Position numbers and translations under genes: made by a program
Notes under the pieces: generated by a model
What the model was told of the DNA's origin: nothing
What the model saw: the letters and a program-made list of their open reading frames with translations, nothing else
Database searches by the model: none
In this document: piece after piece, positions 9,020-18,844 of the stretch
Layout of the letters: each line of letters starts with the position of its first letter
Position numbering within the stretch: the stretch's first letter is position 1
From: Acidimicrobiia bacterium
Lineage (GTDB): Bacteria > Actinomycetota > Acidimicrobiia > Spongiisociales > ZC4RG35
Assembly (NCBI GenBank): GCA_965203555.1
Contig: CBDBCY010000004.1
Span: 1,856,001 to 1,920,000 of the forward strand
Direction of reading: 5' to 3'
Length of the DNA: 64,000 bases

Positions 9020-10371
9020 CAACCGTAGACCTCGCCTCCGGCCGCATCCGTCCCCGGGACCGAGACGCGGTCATCCAGTCGTTGCGCGCCGGGGTCGTAC
9101 CCCGGGTCGGCCAGCAGCACATCCAGGTGGGGCGCGCCGATGAGGTAGTCGCGCTCCTCGGCGACATCCACCGGATAGCCGACGGAGGTTCGGCTATCCG
9201 GTTGGTGATCGGTGAGTACGGGGCCGGTAAGTCCTTCTTCCTGAACCTGGTGCGTTCCATCGCGCTCGAGCGCAAGCTCGTCACCGTTCACGCCGACCTG
9301 TCACCCGAGCGACGCCTCTACGCCACCGGCGGCCAGGCCCGAGGTCTGTACGCCGAGTTGATGCGCAACCTGTCGACGCGGGCGAAACCGGAGGGCGGCG
9401 CCATGCCGTCGGTGGTGGAACGCTTCATCACCGCCGGCCTGGGCGAGGCTCGCTCCCGTAACGTCGACCCGGAGACCGTGATCCGCGAACGGCTCGCCGA
9501 GCTCCAGGAGCTGGTCGGCGGATACGACTTCGCCGAAGTGATCGCCGCCTACTGGCGCGCACATGACACCGGCCAAGAACAGTTGCGCTCCGATGTGGTG
9601 CGCTGGCTCCGCGGCGAATTCTCGACCCGCACCGACTCCCGGAAGGCGCTCGGGGTGCGCACCATCATCGATGATCGCAGCTTCTACGACCATTTGAAGC
9701 TGTTCGCCCGGTTCGTCCGTCTCGCCGGGTTCTCCGGTCTCCTGGTCTGCCTGGACGAGATGGTGAACCTCTACAAGATGTCGCACACCCGGGCCCGAAA
9801 CTCCAACTACGAACAGGTGCTGCGCATCCTCAACGACTGCTTGCAGGGTTCGGCCGCCGGACTCGGGTTCGTGTTCGGCGGCACCCCCGACATGCTGTTC
9901 GACACCCGGCGCGGCCTCTACTCGTACCCGGCGCTGCGTTCGCGCCTGGCCGAGAACTCCTTCACGCGCCAGGGGCTGGTGGACTTCTCCGGACCGGTGC
10001 TGCGGCTGGCCAACCTGTCTCCCGAGGACATGTTCGTGCTGCTGACCAAAATCCGGCATGTCTTCGCGAGCGGCGACCCTGATGCCCACCTGGTGCCCGA
10101 CGAGGCGTTGACCGCGTTCATGAACCACTGCGCGGCCCGGGTCGGTGACGCCTACTTCCGCACGCCGCGCACCACGATCAAGGAGTTCGTGGACCTCCTC
10201 TCGGTCCTTGACCAGAACCCCGGCGTGGAATGGTCCGATCTGATCGACCGGGTCAAGATCGAGCCGGAGACCAATCCGGATCTGTTGCCAATGGGAAGCG
10301 GCGCCGGACCCCCGCAGCCCAATCCGGAAGCGGCGGCCGGTGATGACAACCTCAGCCATTTCCGTCTCTGA
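9016..10371 (+). CDS. P-loop ATPase, DUF2791/BrxD-like
   Basis: SLRAGVVPRVG, Walker A GEYGAGKS and Walker B LVCLDE. Confidence 0.88.
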   Translation: MTTVDLASGRIRPRDRDAVIQSLRAGVVPRVGQQHIQVGRADEVVALLGDIHRIADGGSAIRLVIGEYGAGKSFFLNLVRSIALERKLVTVHADLSPERRLYATGGQARGLYAELMRNLSTRAKPEGGAMPSVVERFITAGLGEARSRNVDPETVIRERLAELQELVGGYDFAEVIAAYWRAHDTGQEQLRSDVVRWLRGEFSTRTDSRKALGVRTIIDDRSFYDHLKLFARFVRLAGFSGLLVCLDEMVNLYKMSHTRARNSNYEQVLRILNDCLQGSAAGLGFVFGGTPDMLFDTRRGLYSYPALRSRLAENSFTRQGLVDFSGPVLRLANLSPEDMFVLLTKIRHVFASGDPDAHLVPDEALTAFMNHCAARVGDAYFRTPRTTIKEFVDLLSVLDQNPGVEWSDLIDRVKIEPETNPDLLPMGSGAGPPQPNPEAAAGDDNLSHFRL

Positions 10372-12691
10372 AGCCGCCGCCGACCCCTCTGCGGCGTTCA
10401 CCCGGTTGCACCCGCGGATACAGCGCTGGATATACGACCAGGGATGGACCTCGCTGCACGACGCGCAGGAGCGCGCCATCGGTCCGATCCTGGACGGCGA
10501 TCGCGATGTGATCATCGCCGCGGCGACCGCCGCCGGGAAGACCGAGGCCGCTTTCCTGCCAGTCCTTTCGAACCTGGCGGACGCCATCGACCGGATTTCG
10601 CCCGTTCAGCAGGCCCCGTGGACGGACTACGACCCGTGGGCGGAACCGGCGACCGGAAGACCCGTGGGGGTGCAGGTGCTGTACGTGTCGCCGATGAAGG
10701 CGCTGATCAACGATCAACACGGACGCCTCGCCCAGATGTGCGAACGGGTGGATATCCCCGTGCATCGCTGGCATGGAGACGTCTCGGCGGCGGCGAAACA
10801 GAAGCTGGTGGCCGACCCGGGCGGCGTGCTGCTGATAACCCCCGAGTCCTTGGAGGCCCTTTTCGTCAACCGGGGGCCGCTCGCGCCTCGCCTGTTCGCC
10901 GGGTTGGACTACATCGTGATCGATGAGCTCCACTCCTTTCTGGCCACGCAACGGGGCGTCCAGTTGCAATCGCTGATGAACCGAGTCGAACTGGCGATCC
11001 GCCGGAGACCGCCCCGTATCGGACTGTCGGCCACCCTCGGCGACATGGCGCAGGCCGCCGCCTTCCTCCGCCCGACCGACCCGGAGCAGGTCTTGGTGGT
11101 CGAGTCGAGGTCCGACGGCAGGGAGTTGATGCTCCAACTGCGCGGCTATGTCGCCGACTGGCCGACGGCCGGCGTGGAGGACGGGAGGGAACGGACCGTC
11201 GACCCTGCGCCGGTCGACTCGGCGGGACACGCGCAGGAGATCGCCGCGCACTTGTTCCGACATCTGCGCGGCAATGACAACCTGGTGTTCGCCAACACAC
11301 GCAACCATGTGGAGACCTACGCCGACCTGCTCGCTCGTCGCAGCGACCGGGAGCGGGTCCCCAACGAGTTCTGGCCCCACCACGGGAACCTGTCCAAGGG
11401 TTTGCGCGAAACCATCGAGACCAATCTGAAAGACCGCACCCGACCGGCCACGGCGGTGAGCACGTCCACACTCGAGCTGGGAATCGACATAGGATCGGTT
11501 GCGAGCGTGGCCCAGATCGGACCACCGCCTTCGGTCGCATCCCTGTGGCAGAGGCTGGGCAGATCGGGTCGCCGCCATGATCCCGCCGTACTGCGACTGT
11601 ACGTGACCGAACCGCCCCTCGACGAGCGGTCCTCTCCCGTTGACAGGCTGCGCTGCAACCTCGTGCAGACCACCGCCATGGTGCGCCTCATGCTCGGGCA
11701 GTGGCTCGAAACCGCCGACGATCCCGGATTCAACTACTCGACGCTGGTCCAGCAGATCATGTCGGTGATCGCGCAGCACGGCGGCGCCACCGCCGCCGAC
11801 CTGTACGGAGCGCTGTGCGGACCCGGTCCGTTCCGGCTCGTGGACCAGGGGAGGTTCGCTCGGCTCCTCCGCGCCATGGCGTCCCACGACCTCCTGATCC
11901 AGGCTTCCGACGGCCTGCTGTTGTTCGGGACGGCCGGGGAACGTCAGGTCAATCACTACCGCTTCTACGCCGCATTCCACACCGCCGACGAGTGGCGGGT
12001 CGTGAACCGCGGCCAGACCCTCGGCACGCTCCCCATCTACCAGCCCCTTCGTCAAGGCGTGTTGCTGATCTTCGGCGGGAAACGTTGGGAGGTCACCCGT
12101 GTCGACCGGTCGGCGCGCGTCGTGGAGTTGGAAAGGTCAGCGGGCGGCGTACCACACTTTTCCGGCGGCCACGGACCTGCCGTGTCGGACCGGGTCCGGG
12201 CGGAGATGGCAGCCGTGTACCGATCCAGCGACATCCCGGCATGGCTCGATCCGGTAGCGCAGCGGCTTCTCTCCGAGGGCAGAGCAGCGTACCGCCGACT
12301 CCGGCTGGCCGATACCACGGTGGTCACCGACGAATCGGGGGTGTTGCTGTTCCCCTGGGCCGGTGACCGCGCTCTCTACACCGCCGTGATGGCGTTGATC
12401 GACCAAGGCGTCGAAGCCAGCGTAGAGGGTCCCGCCATCCGGATTGTCAAGACCGGCGCCAATGAGACCTCGGCCACAATCGCCCATCTCCTCGCCAACC
12501 CTCCCCCGGCGCCTGAGGCCCTGGCGGCAGTCGTCGAGAACCGCGAGATCGACAAGTGGGACCGGGTGCTCGACGAGACTTTGGCCTGCGAGTCCGCGGG
12601 CGCCCGACTTTTCGACATCGACGGCGCCTGGGCGCTCTTCGCCCGGGTTGCGCCGGACCTGGCCGAAACCCCGAAGCAAAATCCGTGCTGA
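10340..12691 (+). CDS. Lhr-like DEAD/DEAH SF2 helicase
   Basis: Motifs TAAGKTEA, SPMKAL, ITPESL, DELH, LSAT, HHGNL, STLELGID and QRLGRSGR. Confidence 0.92.
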   Translation: MMTTSAISVSEAAADPSAAFTRLHPRIQRWIYDQGWTSLHDAQERAIGPILDGDRDVIIAAATAAGKTEAAFLPVLSNLADAIDRISPVQQAPWTDYDPWAEPATGRPVGVQVLYVSPMKALINDQHGRLAQMCERVDIPVHRWHGDVSAAAKQKLVADPGGVLLITPESLEALFVNRGPLAPRLFAGLDYIVIDELHSFLATQRGVQLQSLMNRVELAIRRRPPRIGLSATLGDMAQAAAFLRPTDPEQVLVVESRSDGRELMLQLRGYVADWPTAGVEDGRERTVDPAPVDSAGHAQEIAAHLFRHLRGNDNLVFANTRNHVETYADLLARRSDRERVPNEFWPHHGNLSKGLRETIETNLKDRTRPATAVSTSTLELGIDIGSVASVAQIGPPPSVASLWQRLGRSGRRHDPAVLRLYVTEPPLDERSSPVDRLRCNLVQTTAMVRLMLGQWLETADDPGFNYSTLVQQIMSVIAQHGGATAADLYGALCGPGPFRLVDQGRFARLLRAMASHDLLIQASDGLLLFGTAGERQVNHYRFYAAFHTADEWRVVNRGQTLGTLPIYQPLRQGVLLIFGGKRWEVTRVDRSARVVELERSAGGVPHFSGGHGPAVSDRVRAEMAAVYRSSDIPAWLDPVAQRLLSEGRAAYRRLRLADTTVVTDESGVLLFPWAGDRALYTAVMALIDQGVEASVEGPAIRIVKTGANETSATIAHLLANPPPAPEALAAVVENREIDKWDRVLDETLACESAGARLFDIDGAWALFARVAPDLAETPKQNPC

Positions 12692-12704
12692 TGGAAATGC
12701 CCCG

Positions 12705-12727
12705 TTGACAATAGGTATGTTTATTGT
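12705..12727 (+). promoter_or_regulatory. TTGACA -35 overlapped by the inverted repeat ACAATA-N8-TATTGT (possible operator)
   Basis: Sequence ttgACAATAggtatgttTATTGT lies upstream of the AbrB-like ORF. Confidence 0.45.
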
Positions 12728-12760
12728 GGTAGCCCGACATCATTGGGAAAGGGGCTGTAC

Positions 12761-12955
12761 GTGAGGGAGATCACCATGACCACCACCCCGTGCAACCAAG
12801 TGACCACCGTGCGCCTCGCCGCAGCGCCCTTCAGTCTGGAATCGGTCCACGGATCCGTCACACCCGCCCGGACCCCCGAGGACTTCAAGAATATCTCCCG
12901 CCACGCCAAAGAGTCCAAGGCCGCCGACACCATGCAGAAACTCCGTGAGACATGA
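12761..12955 (+). pseudogene. internally deleted AbrB/MazE-type antitoxin remnant
   Basis: SD-like ggaaagggg before GTG. The start MREITMTTTPCNQVT resembles the AbrB TxTxxGQVT motif, and the tail FSLESVHGSV...PEDF resembles AbrB antitoxin C-termini. The middle and the toxin gene are absent. Confidence 0.5.
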
Positions 12956-12994
12956 TGTCAACAAAACCGTGTCCAACACCACAGTCGTCGGCGC

Positions 12995-14485
12995 CTATCC
13001 CTCGTCCGCCGGAGAGCCCAAGCGGGTGGCCAAAGCCTGATCGTATTGCCGTCCCACCACCAGGAGGAACAGGTCCAGCGGCAACTCTCCGATCCCGTCG
13101 GTGGTCTCCCGGGGGCTCAGGGAAATCGGGTCGTGGGCCACCACCAGGTAGCAATGCCCCCGGAAGCGGGGATGCTGCTCCATGAAAGAGAGCAAACCAG
13201 CCCGACTGTGTCTCCTGGACAGCGCTATCTCGAAGGCCACCGGCTGACGGGGATCATCGTAGATCAGGTCTACTTCTCGGTTCCTGTGTCTCCAGTAAAA
13301 GACCCGCACCCTCTCCTGTCGGCCCAGGGCGTGTAGATGCGAGGCTGCCAGATTCTCGACCAGTTGACCCTGTACGCTGCCTGGTTCCTCCCCATAGGAG
13401 GGACGCTGCAGGATGGCGCTGCGCAGAGCGGGATCAACCAGATAGTACTTCCGGCCCCGACGCTGCGTGGCCCGCTCCCCGCTCCAATAACCCGGTAGGG
13501 GAAATACCATGTACGCCCATTCCAGGTAGGACAGATACGAGTCCACAGTCGGTGCGCTGATCGCCAGGCTCCGAGCGAGGTTCTGAGGCGACGCCAGCCC
13601 TCCCGGCCGGTCGGCCAGGAGATAGGCCAACTTTTCCACCACCAACGGACGCGCAACAGCGGCCCATTGCTGAATATCCCGATAGATCACTCTCTCCACC
13701 GCATCGGAACGCAGCTTCTCCATCAGATCAGCCAAAGATGCCTGCCCTGCCGGCATGCTCGGAAGTCCTGGCCATTGCTTTGCTCCCTCCCGCGCCAACA
13801 ACAGTTCTGGATACCCTCCCACCGCCAGCAGCCGATCTCGGATTCGGGAAACATGTGACGGAAGGGCGACCATCAGGTTCTCCTCCAAGGTCTGGGACAA
13901 CTGCGGGCCGGGATCGACAGAGAAGGAGAACCTCAGGAGACGGAGAGCCTCGCTCAATAGGCAGGGTCCCAGATAGAACTCGTCCCATCTGCCCACCCCG
14001 CTCTCCAACCGGCCCTGCCGCAATGCGGATGCCGCACTCGAACTGGCCGTGAGCTTGATAGGCAGTCCCTGATCGTAAAACTGTTTGAACCACAGGTCCC
14101 AGCGGTCGGCGTATACGAGTTCGTCAAGGAACCAGAACACCGGCTTGTCATGAGTGGCGCCGGATCGAGATATCACAAACTGGGCCAACTCCTCCAGGTC
14201 TTGCAGCGCAAGTCGGGGATGATCGAGGGATACCCACCAAATCCGGTGGGCGGGAATTCCGTTGTCGAGCAGGCGTCGCACCGTTTGGTACATAGTTACC
14301 GTCTTGCCCGTACGTCGCGGTCCGAGGATTATCAGAAATCGATGCAGATAGTCGCCCAGAAGCCGCATCCACAGCCATCGCGCCATGGGACGCTCCTTCA
14401 ACGGCTTGAACCGCTCCGGAATGTCGCTCGTGCTGTGCCAAGGATTCTGGTGGGTTAGCGTCGATATAACTTGCGGGTCCAGCAT
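12995..14485 (-). CDS. AAA_14 + DUF4143 ATP-binding protein
   Basis: QNPW, GPRRTGKT, FLDE, GGYPE, KYYLVDP and YWR...EVDLI. Confidence 0.9.
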   Translation of the reverse strand: MLDPQVISTLTHQNPWHSTSDIPERFKPLKERPMARWLWMRLLGDYLHRFLIILGPRRTGKTVTMYQTVRRLLDNGIPAHRIWWVSLDHPRLALQDLEELAQFVISRSGATHDKPVFWFLDELVYADRWDLWFKQFYDQGLPIKLTASSSAASALRQGRLESGVGRWDEFYLGPCLLSEALRLLRFSFSVDPGPQLSQTLEENLMVALPSHVSRIRDRLLAVGGYPELLLAREGAKQWPGLPSMPAGQASLADLMEKLRSDAVERVIYRDIQQWAAVARPLVVEKLAYLLADRPGGLASPQNLARSLAISAPTVDSYLSYLEWAYMVFPLPGYWSGERATQRRGRKYYLVDPALRSAILQRPSYGEEPGSVQGQLVENLAASHLHALGRQERVRVFYWRHRNREVDLIYDDPRQPVAFEIALSRRHSRAGLLSFMEQHPRFRGHCYLVVAHDPISLSPRETTDGIGELPLDLFLLVVGRQYDQALATRLGSPADEG

Positions 14486-14749
14486 AACCAAATGACTCGA
14501 CTGGCTTTGGCTTATATGCTATTCTAAGCAAAACTGCTTTGGCTTAGAACCCCTGTTAAGAAAAGTACGGCCAGAATTCCTTTTCCGTTGTGCAACTGCC
14601 CGCGATGAGATGGCCACGCCGATACCGAACCAATACCACAGATTTGTGAAGGCCTTCTCTGAAGAAACGCCACCCACCTCACCGATCACCGCTATCACCA
14701 GATCCGCCGGTTGACGGCGGGTAAGGTTCATTCTCAACCCCTCGGGCTG

Positions 14750-17700
14750 TCAGGACTGTGGCCGGTTGGCCAAGGCGCGGGCTATGAAGGAGGCCATCTG
14801 GTCGCGCCGCACCGGATCATGGGGACAGTAGGCGGGGGGATCGGCCGAGCAACCCCTGGTGACATCGGCCGCCAACAGACCTTCGACCGCTCCCGCGTAC
14901 CACTGGTCGGCGGGTACATCTGCAAAAGCTCCCCGCGGTGTCACCTCGTCTATGAAATCGAAACCCCGAGCCATCCACACCGCCATCTCCAGACGGGTCA
15001 GCGCGTCATCGGGACGAAAGGCGGTCTCTTCTTCAACGCGGACGATGCCAAGATCGGCAAGACGCTCGACATATCCCAGGTACCAGACACCCGGAGAAAC
15101 ATCGGAGAATCGGCTGGTGACAGCTGCGTCATCGATTGTTTCATCCAGCGCCCTCATCAGAAAGGCAGCCATTTGCGCACGCGTCACGGGTTGGGACGGA
15201 CAGTACGAGTTGCCGCCGCAGCCCACCGTGATACCCAGATCGGCAATGATCTCGATGTTCTTTTCATGAATGTTGCCGTCATCATCGGCAAACCTTCCCG
15301 TGTGCTCCTCCTCGGCGGATCCATCCGTGACCTCGACCACAAAATCGTCACCGATCCGTTCCACCACCGTGACCGTTATTCCTTGCCATGTATAACCATC
15401 CCCCACCTCCATCACATGCGAAACAGTATCCTCCAAGTCAATCGGGACTGTCCCGGCAGCAGCAACGACAGCTTGCGTCGGCCGTTCTGTGCCGAAGCAG
15501 GCTTCGTAGTCTGGGTAATAGAAACATCTAGGTGGTTGCTGGTCTACAAAATACGATTCGACCCCTTCTTTGGGAATCCCCGCATCGAACCCCTTCTTGA
15601 CCCGTGCGCCCAGCGCGATAAAGCCGCTCTGATCCGACCTCAGCACCAGCATCTGAGTACCACCAGCACCCAACGGACCAAGCGTGTACCGCGACCTGCC
15701 GCTCTCATATATCTCCACCTCCGACGGATCCATCCAACCGGCTGCATATCTGTTGATCGCGACAGTACCCACCTGGAGACCCGGCACGGCATCGCTGTCG
15801 CCCATAACATCCATCGGATGGTCATATGGGGAGAAGCGATAAGAGTGCGGAAAACCTATCGCATGTCCCATCTCATGAGCAACCGTAGACAAAACCGGCA
15901 ATGGAGAATCCGAAAAGACTCCTGGTGGCAAGCTGCCAGGCTCAGCCACTGCTTGACCACCGATATACAGATCGCGCCTGTTATCCGGATAAGTGGTATC
16001 AAAGCTCAGGCGTACTTGAACAGGAGAAGAAAAGCCTATTGCTCCTATGCCCCCAAAACTTGCCGTTGTAACTTTGTTGACGATCAGTATTGCGCCCTCT
16101 GCTCTGTCCTTGGGATTTATACGTTGCGAGGCTTCATTTACAGGGCCTGTGCAACCTCCCCAATTATCAAAAGCCGCCGCCTCTATCACCCCGCCTGCCC
16201 GAAACGATGGTCGGTAACGGCCCCTTGATAGCCATTTGAAATACGGGACCATCTCAGCCTGCAACAGGTCTATCGTTTCCTCCAAGGAGATGTCGAGAGT
16301 ACCCTCTGGTACCTCGCAAATCCACACATCCCAAAGATCCTCATCCAAACTGTAGTGAGTAGTCACATTGAACCCGGCGATCAAACCCAAAGGATCGTCT
16401 GTATACAGTTCCTCTTTCCGTTCACTGGTATGTCTCTCTTTATTGTCGTCGTCGGCAAAGCGGTTCGAGGAAGGCTGATCGTCCACCTCTACCACAAAAG
16501 CATCACCGATCCGTTCCACCACCGTGACCGTTATTCCTTGCCATGTATAACCATCCCCCACCTCCATCACATGCGAAACAGTATCCTCCAAGTCAATCGG
16601 GACTGCCCCGGTAGCAGCAACAACAGCTTGCGTCAACCTTGACGATGGAAGGCAGGCTTTATAGAAAAAGATCCCGCAGGATTGTTGGTCTACAAAATAC
16701 GATTCGACCCCTTCTTTGGGAATCCCCGCATCGAACCCCTTCTTGACCCGTGCGCCCAGCGCGATAAAGCCGCTCTGATCCGACCTCAGCACCAGCATCT
16801 GAGTACCACCAGCACCCAACGGACCAAGCGTGTACCGCGACCTGCCGCTCTCATATATCTCCACCTCCGACGGATCCATCCAACCGGCTGCATATCTGTT
16901 GATCGCGACAGTACCCACCTGGAGACCCGGCACGGCATCGCTGTCGCCCATAACATCCATCGGATGGTCATATGGGGAGAAGCGATAAGAGTGCGGAAAA
17001 CCTATCGCATGTCCCATCTCATGAGCAACCGTAGACAAAACCGGCAACGGTGTCCTCAGCACAATATTAGGAAGACTGCCGGGTTTGGCCACCGAGGCGC
17101 CACTCAGTGATAACTCGCGGCCGTTTCTCGGGTAAGTGGTGACACCATCCAGCCCCGCTTTCAACTTGACCGAAGAAACGTTGTCTATAAACCCTATGCT
17201 GCCAGTGCTGTTGGATATGAATTTATTGACAATAACAATGGCGCCTTCAGGCCTCTCCGCTGATTCTATATTTTCCGAAGCCTCGGATACCGGTTCGCTA
17301 CAACCTCTCCCATAGTCGTAAGACACCGCCTCTACTACCCCACCCACCCGGAAGGATGGGCGATAACGACCCTTTGAAATCCAACTGAAATAAGGGACCA
17401 CCTCTGCTCTCAACAGTTCCACCGTCTCCTCTGGAGAAATAGCCAAAGTACCCTCTGGAAGCTCGCAAATCCACACATCCCAAAGATCCTCACCCAAACT
17501 GTAATGAGTAGTCACATTGAAAGCAGTGATCAACCCCAAGGGATCATCTTCATACAACTCGTCATTTCGTTCGGCCGCCGCTGCTGCCGACGATGGCGCA
17601 AGCAACAAGATGGCTAAGCCAGCAAACAGCACCGCAGACATTATCAGATTCACCGGGGGTCGGCCAGCGGGAATCCGCCACATTGATGCCTCGTCGGGAG

Positions 17701-17764
17701 GAACGGTTGGAATCACCCCCCTTGTGGATGGCCTGTCACGATCGGAACTGCCAGGGTTTTTCAT
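14750..17764 (-). CDS. secreted protein with two tandem metzincin-type metallopeptidase domains and C-terminal SLH-like repeats
   Basis: Hydrophobic signal ending SAAAAA; HEMGHAIGFPH plus DVMG Met-turn present twice; FADDDG...TRAQMAAF, TRLEMA and RRDQMASF SLH-like motifs. Start is uncertain (17764 or 17683). Confidence 0.85.
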   Translation of the reverse strand: MKNPGSSDRDRPSTRGVIPTVPPDEASMWRIPAGRPPVNLIMSAVLFAGLAILLLAPSSAAAAAERNDELYEDDPLGLITAFNVTTHYSLGEDLWDVWICELPEGTLAISPEETVELLRAEVVPYFSWISKGRYRPSFRVGGVVEAVSYDYGRGCSEPVSEASENIESAERPEGAIVIVNKFISNSTGSIGFIDNVSSVKLKAGLDGVTTYPRNGRELSLSGASVAKPGSLPNIVLRTPLPVLSTVAHEMGHAIGFPHSYRFSPYDHPMDVMGDSDAVPGLQVGTVAINRYAAGWMDPSEVEIYESGRSRYTLGPLGAGGTQMLVLRSDQSGFIALGARVKKGFDAGIPKEGVESYFVDQQSCGIFFYKACLPSSRLTQAVVAATGAVPIDLEDTVSHVMEVGDGYTWQGITVTVVERIGDAFVVEVDDQPSSNRFADDDNKERHTSERKEELYTDDPLGLIAGFNVTTHYSLDEDLWDVWICEVPEGTLDISLEETIDLLQAEMVPYFKWLSRGRYRPSFRAGGVIEAAAFDNWGGCTGPVNEASQRINPKDRAEGAILIVNKVTTASFGGIGAIGFSSPVQVRLSFDTTYPDNRRDLYIGGQAVAEPGSLPPGVFSDSPLPVLSTVAHEMGHAIGFPHSYRFSPYDHPMDVMGDSDAVPGLQVGTVAINRYAAGWMDPSEVEIYESGRSRYTLGPLGAGGTQMLVLRSDQSGFIALGARVKKGFDAGIPKEGVESYFVDQQPPRCFYYPDYEACFGTERPTQAVVAAAGTVPIDLEDTVSHVMEVGDGYTWQGITVTVVERIGDDFVVEVTDGSAEEEHTGRFADDDGNIHEKNIEIIADLGITVGCGGNSYCPSQPVTRAQMAAFLMRALDETIDDAAVTSRFSDVSPGVWYLGYVERLADLGIVRVEEETAFRPDDALTRLEMAVWMARGFDFIDEVTPRGAFADVPADQWYAGAVEGLLAADVTRGCSADPPAYCPHDPVRRDQMASFIARALANRPQS
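15540..17047. repeat. 362-bp identical direct repeat (15540-15901 and 16686-17047) within the protease gene
   Basis: Read base by base with offset 1146; identical 61-aa shadow ORFs appear in the track. A second ~100-bp identical block is at about 15348-15450 / 16503-16605. Confidence 0.95.
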
Positions 17765-17843
17765 CACTCGGCAGTCTACAAAGGCGGATATCCAGAAAGG
17801 GGCCGTCCCGCAGGGCAAGGCGGATCGCCACGGATCTAGATAT

Positions 17844-18758
17844 TCATCCGGCGATGGACATAACCAAGCCGACCGCAACCAGGCCTACCCCTGTCCATTG
17901 CAGGCGGTGGAGGCGTTCCTGGAAGAACATAACACCACCTATTACTGCGATGACCCTCCCGCTCTGGGAGAGTATCCCGATCAGCCAGGCGGGAGCATAG
18001 GCCAGACCGTATCCGAAGGTAACGAAGGAAACGGCGTCGATGATTCCCACCAGCCCCAGCAGCCACCCGTTTCGCCAGGTGACCTTCGACTCCCCGGCCT
18101 CCCACTCCTGTAACCGGGAAGACTCTCGTTTCTGAAGCCGGTGTTGGGTTATACGGGAGATGATCACATACACCGCAAAGACATAGATCACCGTATAGAA
18201 GCGCTGGGTGATGATGGTCCAGTTCGAGTCGAGTCCGTCACGGATGGGAATCTTCAGGCCGGCGTTGGACAGCGACCCCACCAGCACCGCAATCATGGCA
18301 AAGACCGGACCCCAGGTAACCAGGCGTATCTTGGCCCCCCGCTCGATTACCAGCGAAGCAAGCACCGCCCCCAAGGCGGCGATAGGAATCCCGATCCATT
18401 GCACGGTGCTCGGCCGCTCGGCAAGCAACCAGTACGAGTAAAGCACGGTGATGGCCCCGGAAAGAGCGCTAATGGGACTGACCACCGACACGGGACCCAG
18501 TCGAAGAGCCATGTAGCTTCCCAGAAAAGAGCCGCCCGCCGCAGCACCCAGCAACCCCAGGAAGATGATCTGGTCGGTGGTGATCTCGAACGGAACGCCG
18601 ATGATCACCGCAAAGGCGATCATCACCACAAAGGCGATCGTGAGAGTGATGGTCGTGGACCGCAACACTCCGAAGCGGCGGGCCACCACCGCCGTCAATA
18701 GGTTGTTTACACCTAGCGTCACCGCCGTAATCAGCCCGAAGATGACACCGGTCACCAT
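17844..18758 (-). CDS. EamA/DMT family transporter
   Basis: About 10 hydrophobic segments; ALRLGPVSVVSPI, LAERPS and FFQERL repeats. Confidence 0.88.
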   Translation of the reverse strand: MVTGVIFGLITAVTLGVNNLLTAVVARRFGVLRSTTITLTIAFVVMIAFAVIIGVPFEITTDQIIFLGLLGAAAGGSFLGSYMALRLGPVSVVSPISALSGAITVLYSYWLLAERPSTVQWIGIPIAALGAVLASLVIERGAKIRLVTWGPVFAMIAVLVGSLSNAGLKIPIRDGLDSNWTIITQRFYTVIYVFAVYVIISRITQHRLQKRESSRLQEWEAGESKVTWRNGWLLGLVGIIDAVSFVTFGYGLAYAPAWLIGILSQSGRVIAVIGGVMFFQERLHRLQWTGVGLVAVGLVMSIAG

Positions 18759-18844
18759 AGTGCTATCCGTTCCATGTAGACAAACACCGGAAAGCCCGTC
18801 GGCATTGACAGGCACCTTCCTCTCAAACAGAATCCGGCTACGCC

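Noticed and set aside
7352-12055. Long antisense ORFs (487, 428 and 567 aa, and similar ones such as 14711-16228 and 21763-23769)
   Set aside because: Shadow frames of high-GC genes with no recognisable motifs, fully overlapping well-supported CDSs.
15340-17047. Diversity-generating retroelement TR/VR pair
   Set aside because: No reverse transcriptase in the window. Differences are block replacements with indels, not adenine-specific substitutions.
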